This document shows positions 57,787 through 64,000 of a stretch of 64,000 nt of DNA, one piece after another; position 1 is the stretch's first letter; each line of letters opens with the position of its first letter. The notes beneath the pieces are model-generated. The model was not told the DNA's origin. It did no database searches and saw nothing but the letters and a program-made list of their open reading frames with translations. The position numbers and the translations under genes were made by a program. This DNA comes from Anaerolineales bacterium (GTDB lineage: Bacteria; Chloroflexota; Anaerolineae; Anaerolineales; UBA11657). The stretch spans positions 175 through 64,174 of the forward strand of contig JAKUPR010000006.1 of the NCBI GenBank assembly GCA_022450585.1, written 5' to 3'.

Positions 57787-58511
57787 GCTTCGAATCGGTA
57801 TCCTATTCCGCGTATGGTTACAATGCGCTGTGGTTTCGATGGCTCATCCTCGATTTTCTCGCGGAGCCATCGCACATGCACATCTACGGTGTGTGTGCTG
57901 CCAACGTAGTCGTAACCCCACACCTTTTCGAGTAACAGGTCACGGGAGAGTACAGCTCCACTGTTTCGCATGAGTTCAGCTAGCAGGTTGAATTCCTTCT
58001 GCGTTAGATGGATTTCGTCTTGACCAAGGGTTACTCTATGGGAGCTCAGGTCAAGTTTGAGTGTGCCGGAAACTAATCTCAGTTGGTCTTTTGCATTGCC
58101 ACTGCGAGACCGACGTAACAGCGAACGTACCCGCGCCAAGAGTTCGCCAAGACTGAACGGTTTCACTACATAATCATCCGCCCCGGTTTCTAAGCCAATG
58201 ATCTTGTCCATTTCGGTGCTGCGAGCGGTCAGCATGATTATGGGTATGTCTGAGTCACGACGCAAAGCCCGACAAAGCGACAAACCGTCCATTTCGGGTA
58301 GCATGAGATCCAAAAGTACTAGGTCGGGTTTGGTGTCTCGGGCTTTGCGCAAACCGGAGAGCCCATCTGTAGCTGTCACCACACTAAATCCTTCGTCTTG
58401 CAAGGCTTGCGTGATTGTCTCTCGTACCGTGGTTTCATCCTCGACCACGAGGATTCTGGCATCTTCTGGTCTTTGTCGTCGGTCTGTAGCGTGATAGTTG
58501 GTATCAATCAT
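57783..58511 (-). CDS. OmpR/PhoB-family response regulator
   Basis: Receiver domain (ILVVEDE..., DLVLLDLMLPEMDG, KPF) plus a winged-helix output domain (LT.KEF.LL..L......V.SR..L...VWG). Adjacent to pst genes. Confidence 0.85.
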   Translation of the reverse strand: MIDTNYHATDRRQRPEDARILVVEDETTVRETITQALQDEGFSVVTATDGLSGLRKARDTKPDLVLLDLMLPEMDGLSLCRALRRDSDIPIIMLTARSTEMDKIIGLETGADDYVVKPFSLGELLARVRSLLRRSRSGNAKDQLRLVSGTLKLDLSSHRVTLGQDEIHLTQKEFNLLAELMRNSGAVLSRDLLLEKVWGYDYVGSTHTVDVHVRWLREKIEDEPSKPQRIVTIRGIGYRFEA

Positions 58512-58561
58512 TAGAAATAGAATACCGTGTCATTCTAATGGCAAGGAATGATACATTGAAG

Positions 58562-59461
58562 TCAATGCTGTCCGATAACGGTTAGAAGTAGGTCAGGGTA
58601 ATCAGTTATAATGCCATCTACCCCTAATTTGTGCACAATCTGCATGTTGTCCTCTTTATTTATAGACTGTGCATGTACTTTCAGACCTCGTCCGTGGGCA
58701 GCTTGCACAAATCCTAGTGTAATTATACGTATTCCGTTGCGTTGTTGAGGAACCTGCAAGGCGTGGAAATCAGGGTTGTAGGCTGGCGAAAGAAATGTGA
58801 GGTTGAGCATAAGAAACGTGTCCTCCTCCTTGTTACTGGCAGATGTCGCTACGTCTGGGCAAACCTCACGGAATTTCTGTAACACGCTTTCAGTGCTGGC
58901 CTTTGCTAATACTCGTTCTATCGCATCATATGTGTGAATGAGAGCGCACAGATTGATAGCTATCATTTCGTCCGAATCTTTCATTTCTATACTCATTCGT
59001 ATCTCTGGAAATGTGACAAATACCTCTGCCATCGTAGGTATGGTAATAGCATGATTGCGGTAGCGGTGGCTTTTACCGTTGTCATCTGACCAGTAGAAAG
59101 CTGCATCCAGAACCTGTAGTTCTGCAACCGTCATCTGTGCCACAGGCCCCTGACCGTTGGTGGTTTGGTCAACTGAGTGGTCATTCATGAGTATTAGGAC
59201 ACCATCAGCGCTAGTGCGTACGTCCATGTCGAGTATGTCAACACCCAAGGCTGTTGCTTGCTTAAAAGCATAGAGTGTATTCTCTGGCCAAAGACCGGCG
59301 CCGCCGCGGTGCGCGATTACAGCGGGGTTGCTATGTTGTGTCTCCGGTTCGAAAAATGGGTGCTCTTTAGCTGGCAGCGCTAGGGCTGCCAGTATTCCGA
59401 AAGCTGCTATGGAGGTGACAACTGTAGCTATGATAGCAGCCAGGGGGAGGGATAAGCGCAT
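58562..59461 (-). CDS. Glycerophosphodiester phosphodiesterase (GlpQ/UgpQ family), membrane-anchored or secreted
   Basis: N-terminal hydrophobic anchor. GDPD motifs VIAHRGGAGLWPENT and ILDMDVR.S.DG..I.MND. Confidence 0.8.
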   Translation of the reverse strand: MRLSLPLAAIIATVVTSIAAFGILAALALPAKEHPFFEPETQHSNPAVIAHRGGAGLWPENTLYAFKQATALGVDILDMDVRTSADGVLILMNDHSVDQTTNGQGPVAQMTVAELQVLDAAFYWSDDNGKSHRYRNHAITIPTMAEVFVTFPEIRMSIEMKDSDEMIAINLCALIHTYDAIERVLAKASTESVLQKFREVCPDVATSASNKEEDTFLMLNLTFLSPAYNPDFHALQVPQQRNGIRIITLGFVQAAHGRGLKVHAQSINKEDNMQIVHKLGVDGIITDYPDLLLTVIGQH

Positions 59462-59475
59462 TGAGGTCTACAGGT

Positions 59476-60867
59476 CTATCCCCGCGACTGGTTGCTACGG
59501 ACCGGTTGGTTTGTGGTACCTCTGTACATAGGTGCTGTGATAGGACAAATGATACTGAGTTGTGGGTCTAGTAGTCTACTCTGCAACCTGCTGCCTAGCT
59601 CCGATTTGTCCACCGCGGTAGTTACGACGGTAGGCAGACGCATAACATAGCGGTGGTCTATAAGTTGCATCATTTTTTCTCTGGCCCACGGAGTTGCACT
59701 TTGCATAGTTAGGTCGTCTAGCACAAGTAGAGGTGTGTTGCGCAGTTCGAAAAACTGCTTGTCAAAGCGCACCGGTGAGTCCGGACTAAAGGCAGCGCGC
59801 AGATGGTCGAGCAAGTCAGCAGCTGTAATGAACAGGGAAGGATCACCGTTACGGATACGTTGGTTAGCAATGGCAGCCGCGAGGTGTGTCTTCCCGCAGC
59901 CATGGCCACCTGTGAGGATTAGCCATCCCTGTGGTTGTTCGGCAAATTGCTGTGCTGCTTGCGCTGCTGTGCGTAGACGTTTCTGATGTTCGGGTGCGAT
60001 TTCCCCTGCTCGTAGGTCAAATTTTTCAAATGTCTGACGCGAGTGCATTGCTAATGAGGAAAGATTGGTCTGGTCAGATTCTGCGCGACGAAAATCCGGC
60101 GCATCTATTACGAATTTGCGGACAAGGTCCATGTCCACAAGTCGGCTTCGCACGCGCGGTTCGATGTGCTCAAGCTGCACGTTGCAGGTAATCACTGTCG
60201 GTAGGGCAGCGTTATATCGATGATTGATGATCTGATAAAGTTTTTCCTGCGCCCATTGAGTGGGGTTCTCGGCGCCTAGATCGTCTATAATCAGCAACGG
60301 GACGTTGCGAGTTTGCTCGAATAGATTGTCGTAAGCCACTGGAGAACCCGGCCCAAAAGTAGCACGTAGGTGATCAAGCAAATCGGGTGCGTTGATAAAA
60401 AACACATCGGTGCCTTGTAATAAGCAATGGTTTGCGATAGCAGCCGCAAGATGCGTTTTGCCGCACCCGTAACCGCCGTGTAACAGTACCCATCCTTGGA
60501 GATTCTCAGCAAAGCTACGTGCCTGCTCATATGCGCGCTGCAGGCTGTCGCGTTGACGCTGATTATGGGTGTTGCCTTTGGGTTGGAAGTTTTCGAAAGT
60601 CTTTTGAGTCAGTGGTCCTAGGCTGGAAAACTGTTGTCTTTGCGCTGTCATCTCTTGTTGCAGGTCATCAAGACGACAGATGCATACGGACAGGCGACCA
60701 AACTCTGGGTCTTCTACATCTACATCGGTACGGACAAAACCCAGACCGCGACACTGAGTGCACCGAGGTGAACCTGGGCCCGGCAGCGAGTCATGTACTG
60801 GGTCAGCTCTCGAGGTAGTCGAGGTATCGTCTGCGAGTTTTTTCAGAGTCTGTTTTGCTTTTTCCAT
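59476..60867 (-). CDS. Helicase-loader-like protein with two tandem DnaC/DnaI(IstB)-type AAA+ modules and an N-terminal Cys-cluster
   Basis: - N-terminal Cys cluster: CTQCRGLGF...CICR.
- Module 1: Walker A GGYGCGKTHLAAAIAN, Walker B LLIIDDLG, then HRY..LPTVITCN.
- Module 2: Walker A GGHGCGKTHLAAAIAN, Walker B LLVLDDLT, then HRY..LPTVVTT.
- Start: taken at the ATG at 60867, preceded by AAGGA. The track start is TTG at 60900. Confidence 0.75.
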   Translation of the reverse strand: MEKAKQTLKKLADDTSTTSRADPVHDSLPGPGSPRCTQCRGLGFVRTDVDVEDPEFGRLSVCICRLDDLQQEMTAQRQQFSSLGPLTQKTFENFQPKGNTHNQRQRDSLQRAYEQARSFAENLQGWVLLHGGYGCGKTHLAAAIANHCLLQGTDVFFINAPDLLDHLRATFGPGSPVAYDNLFEQTRNVPLLIIDDLGAENPTQWAQEKLYQIINHRYNAALPTVITCNVQLEHIEPRVRSRLVDMDLVRKFVIDAPDFRRAESDQTNLSSLAMHSRQTFEKFDLRAGEIAPEHQKRLRTAAQAAQQFAEQPQGWLILTGGHGCGKTHLAAAIANQRIRNGDPSLFITAADLLDHLRAAFSPDSPVRFDKQFFELRNTPLLVLDDLTMQSATPWAREKMMQLIDHRYVMRLPTVVTTAVDKSELGSRLQSRLLDPQLSIICPITAPMYRGTTNQPVRSNQSRG

Positions 60868-61489
60868 GGTCATCCTTACCTTCGCGCTGCCAGCGTTCAA
60901 GAATAGCCGTTACGTAGCGCCACGAGCGCGCGTTGTTGGTGACTGCCAGGCTTATGGCTTCCTTTACCCAGTCGGCAGGGAAGTTTCGTTCTGCATCACG
61001 TAGTTCCTCTGCGATGAGTGGAGTCAGTGCTCCGATATTTTGCTCGTACAATGAGAAGATGTTGGGTAGCTCAATTGCCATACTGATAGGAGTATCTTGC
61101 GCATCAGGTGGACTCCAATCTCCGCGGGAGGCGCTATCTAGGGCTGCACGGCCTTTGGGGGTGTTCATGAAGAAATATTCTTCGTATCCATCGGCCTGCT
61201 CTACCTTGATGCGAAGGAGTGTGCCACGCGCGCATGCTCTTTCAAGAGCGTGGCCTAGGCTGGATGTAACTGGATGCTGGAAGCTGGATAGCAACTCTTT
61301 ATCCTGTTCCAACTCTCTGAGGCGTATGTGAAAGATCCGTCCTGCTTTCAGGTTTAGTCTCCAGAAGCAATACAGCGTGAGTTTAAGTTCGTCCAGGTCA
61401 TCAATCTGAGGTAACAACTCGCTAAAGAACTGATTTGGTACCGGAGTGTAACGTGTTTTACCGGTGGGAAAACCGGAGAAACCTTTCAC
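60803..61489 (-). CDS. DnaD-domain (DnaB_2) replication initiation / primosome protein
   Basis: The C-terminal part (IFSLYEQNIGALTPLIAEELRDAERNFPADWVKEAISLAVTNNARSWRYVTAILERW) is a typical DnaD/DnaB_2 repeat. Lies between dnaB and the loader. Confidence 0.7.
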   Translation of the reverse strand: MKGFSGFPTGKTRYTPVPNQFFSELLPQIDDLDELKLTLYCFWRLNLKAGRIFHIRLRELEQDKELLSSFQHPVTSSLGHALERACARGTLLRIKVEQADGYEEYFFMNTPKGRAALDSASRGDWSPPDAQDTPISMAIELPNIFSLYEQNIGALTPLIAEELRDAERNFPADWVKEAISLAVTNNARSWRYVTAILERWQREGKDDHGKSKTDSEKTRRRYLDYLES

Positions 61490-61491
61490 TA

Positions 61492-62901
61492 TTAATCCTC
61501 GAGTATTACACTTCTATGAGCAGCATCGACGAATTGGGCGTATGGTGGCAGAAATACCAACTCCAAAGACCCCGTTTTTCCATTGCGGTGTTTTGAGACC
61601 AGTAGTTCGGTAACCTGTTTCCGCTGTGGGTCTTCGTCCCATGAATCTGGGTGATGCAAGAACATCACTACGTCGCTATCTTGCTCAATACTTCCGGACT
61701 CGCGCAAATCGGAAAGCAATGGACGCTGTCCGGTACGTTGCTCGATTCCGCGTGATAGCTGTGCTCCGGCTAATACTGGTACGTGTAATTCGCGGGCTAA
61801 AGCTTTCAGGCTGCGCGAAATCTCTGACACTTCTTGTACCCGGTTTGTCTCGCGGCGTCCTGCTGTAACCATTAGTTGGAGGTAGTCTATGATTATCAGA
61901 TCAAGTTTCACCTCAGCGGCCAAACGGCGGCTTTTTGCACGCAATTCCATTGTCGATATGGACGGTGTGTCATCTAGATAAATTCCCAATTCACTCAATA
62001 GGTTCACAGAATGTATGAAACCATCCATTTGCTTGTCTTCGAGTTCACCAAGACGCAGTCGATGTGTGTCAATATGTGTCTCCTGAGCCACCATGCGTTG
62101 CATCACTTGCTCATTGGACATCTCAAGTGAAAAAAGTGCCACTCGCTGTTGGTGATGACGGGCAGCGTTTAGAGCGACAGAAACCATGAAGGCAGATTTT
62201 CCTTTACCAGGTCTTCCTGCAACTACAATCAGGTCGGACTTCTGCATGCCTCCGAGAAGAACATCCAGGTCTCGGAAACCGCTGGGTACACCAACAAGTT
62301 GGCCGCGATTCTCATATAGCTGCTGTACGCGGTCGTAATAATCATGGGCTACTTTCTGGATAAGGGTTAGGTCACTGATAGAGCGTCCCTCAGTAACTCC
62401 GAACAGAGTTTGTTCGGCTTGATTTACGACTTCGTTGATATCCGTTTTCTCGTCGTATGCAAGCTTGGCAACCTCGCCAGCTGCTCGAATTAGTCTACGG
62501 CGTGTGGCAGCTTCTCCCACCAGCTTTCCGTAAGCGGCTACATTGAAAGCAGACGGCACGCGAGTAACTAGTTGTGTGAGATACGCGAAGCCGCCTATAT
62601 CATCTAATTGCCCTTTCGCATCCAGCTCTTCCTGGGTGGTTAACTGATCGATTGGAGTTTGGCGGTCGTGCAATGCAGCAAAAGCATTCCATATCCATCG
62701 GTGTTTTACTGAGTAGAAGTCTTCCGCTCGCAGTGTCGAGGCGACCTCGTAATATGCATCTGGGTTAATTAGCACTGAGCCTATAACAGCCTCTTCGGCT
62801 TCTACGTTATAGGGTTGAACGAAATCTTCGCTTGTCCTTTCCATTAGCTTGTGGGGGGTATTCATTGGCGTGATATCAGATAGAGCTTTGCGCTGACCCA
62901 T
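61492..62901 (-). CDS. dnaB: Replicative DNA helicase DnaB
   Basis: N-terminal domain (PYNVEAEEAVIGSVLI), Walker A AGRPGKGKSAF, Walker B IIIDYLQLM, and SLKALARELHVPVLAGAQLSR. No intein. Confidence 0.93.
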   Translation of the reverse strand: MGQRKALSDITPMNTPHKLMERTSEDFVQPYNVEAEEAVIGSVLINPDAYYEVASTLRAEDFYSVKHRWIWNAFAALHDRQTPIDQLTTQEELDAKGQLDDIGGFAYLTQLVTRVPSAFNVAAYGKLVGEAATRRRLIRAAGEVAKLAYDEKTDINEVVNQAEQTLFGVTEGRSISDLTLIQKVAHDYYDRVQQLYENRGQLVGVPSGFRDLDVLLGGMQKSDLIVVAGRPGKGKSAFMVSVALNAARHHQQRVALFSLEMSNEQVMQRMVAQETHIDTHRLRLGELEDKQMDGFIHSVNLLSELGIYLDDTPSISTMELRAKSRRLAAEVKLDLIIIDYLQLMVTAGRRETNRVQEVSEISRSLKALARELHVPVLAGAQLSRGIEQRTGQRPLLSDLRESGSIEQDSDVVMFLHHPDSWDEDPQRKQVTELLVSKHRNGKTGSLELVFLPPYAQFVDAAHRSVILED

Positions 62902-62984
62902 GTCTCGCCAGCGGTTGTTTTCAGCAAAGTTATGCTTGCAGCAAACCCTGAAGATGAACTAATCTTGCAGAGTGCGCGCTCACT

Positions 62985-63512
62985 TTAGTCTTGTGTGTCG
63001 TCATTGTCCAAATCATTCACATCGAGCCTGTCCACAAAATTAGAGAATACTGAAAGGTCAGTGTCATCTATCGCTACGTTCTCCTCTTCGTTCTGATCTC
63101 TCTCCATATCTTCTTCTGTACTGATACCAGCCTGCTCCATCACTTTCTCTGCAACGTAGATAGGTACTTGTGTCCGTACTGCCAATGCCATTGCATCAGA
63201 AGGGCGCGCGTCGATTTCGAGACGCTCACCGTTTTGGTTGACTAATATTTGGGCGTAAAATACATCGTTCTGCAAATCTCGGATAATAATGTGAGTCACA
63301 TTGCCACCCAGATCCGAAATAGTTTGAGCCAGTATGTCGTGGGTAAGCGGGCGTGCCATTTCCATTTCCTGTAGTTCTACCGTGATGGCATCAGCTTCGT
63401 ATGGGCCAATCCATATAGGCAAGTAGCGTTGGCTCTCTTCGTCTTTGAGTATAGCTACCCGATGTTGCGACATTAGACTCACTCGGATGCTGTCAATGGT
63501 TACTTCAATCAT
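62985..63512 (-). CDS. Bifunctional nuclease family protein (DUF151/BFN) with acidic tail
   Basis: LPIWIGPYEADAI....RPLTHD and ARPSDAMALAVR motifs of the BFN domain. D/E-rich C-terminus. Confidence 0.7.
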   Translation of the reverse strand: MIEVTIDSIRVSLMSQHRVAILKDEESQRYLPIWIGPYEADAITVELQEMEMARPLTHDILAQTISDLGGNVTHIIIRDLQNDVFYAQILVNQNGERLEIDARPSDAMALAVRTQVPIYVAEKVMEQAGISTEEDMERDQNEEENVAIDDTDLSVFSNFVDRLDVNDLDNDDTQD

Positions 63513-63594
63513 GTGCTTGATGCCATTCTAGCACAATACTGTCTGGTTCTGGGAACTAGTTTGTTGAAGTCAGTGCGAGACTCGCCCTTAGTAG

Positions 63595-63978
63595 TTAGTC
63601 AAGGTCACCTAAATGCCATCGTGCAATCATCACACCAGTTGCCTCAAATGCTATATTGGGCAGTTCGTCTGGCCCGAACCAACCGACTGCATCAGCGTCG
63701 TCCCCGGCCTTCATCTCGCCGCTGGTGACTTGTCCACGGTAGAAGATCACGAAGCCTGCTCCACCTGGGTACTCATGACCCGGTACTAGATCGAGCAGCT
63801 TGCTTGGGGATACCGTGAGGCCTGTCTCCTCACTACATTCTCTTGCGGCGGCTTTGGCTGGGTCCTCCCAGGCATTGACGAATCCTCCCGGCACGGTCCA
63901 GAGTCCGAGCGCTGGTTTGATGGCGCGCCGCACCAGCAATATTTTTCCATCTTTCTCTACCCACATGGCCGCAGCCAC
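63595..63978 (-). CDS. NUDIX hydrolase (5' end may lie beyond the window)
   Basis: Nudix box GGFVNAWEDPAKAAARECSEETG. The frame stays open from the GTG at 63978 to base 64000, so the start is uncertain (alternative ATG at 63966). Confidence 0.7.
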   Translation of the reverse strand: MAAAMWVEKDGKILLVRRAIKPALGLWTVPGGFVNAWEDPAKAAARECSEETGLTVSPSKLLDLVPGHEYPGGAGFVIFYRGQVTSGEMKAGDDADAVGWFGPDELPNIAFEATGVMIARWHLGDLD

Positions 63979-64000
63979 TTTGGGGTCAAAGAAATGAGTG

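Overview
Gene-dense chromosomal window with about 60 credible CDS, 2 tRNAs and 1 riboswitch, mostly housekeeping. The host looks monoderm-type (Chloroflexota- or Firmicutes-like), but the taxon cannot be proven from this window. Supporting signs are the hrcA-grpE-dnaK-dnaJ-prmA order with a perfect CIRCE operator, DnaD/DnaI-type helicase-loading genes, and an LPXTG-type sorting signal.

Content from left to right:
- iolG/iolE-like genes plus a PfkB kinase, then coaBC, a GT39-like membrane glycosyltransferase, a PHP phosphoesterase and tRNA-Arg(CCG).
- An LPXTG-tailed surface protein, phosphoglucomutase, a sugar-type solute-binding protein, xseA/xseB and murJ.
- A visibly AT-rich spacer, then a secreted TSP3 / beta-gamma-crystallin / LysM protein and a pentapeptide-repeat protein.
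- A NUDIX hydrolase, dnaE, and two tandem CNNM/CBS proteins.
- A B12-domain radical SAM gene and a winged-helix regulator.
- The heat-shock operon, then a B12-binding mutase subunit with meaB, prs, a giant secA, mutM and tRNA-Asn(GUU).
- A TPP-riboswitch-controlled thiamine salvage and uptake operon, then polA and an EamA transporter.
- A long minus-strand Pho block: glpQ, phoB/phoR-like, pstS, pstC, pstA, pstB, pstB, a metallophosphoesterase and phoU.
- A replication block: bifunctional nuclease, dnaB, a dnaD-like gene and a loader.

Most notable observations:
1. The radical SAM ORF stops at a TGA that reads through as Cys-Sec-Ala-Glu-Pro (CUAEP), with a SECIS-like hairpin immediately downstream. 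This is a probable selenoprotein truncated in the ORF track.
2. The helicase-loader gene encodes two complete DnaC/DnaI-like AAA+ modules in one polypeptide.
3. SecA is 1403 aa, with large insertions and a polybasic tail after the zinc finger.
4. The thiamine operon carries a DUF402 phosphohydrolase-like gene at its end, and its TPK gene has a conserved N-terminal strand lying upstream of any canonical start codon.

No CRISPR array, transposase, integrase or obvious defence system was seen.
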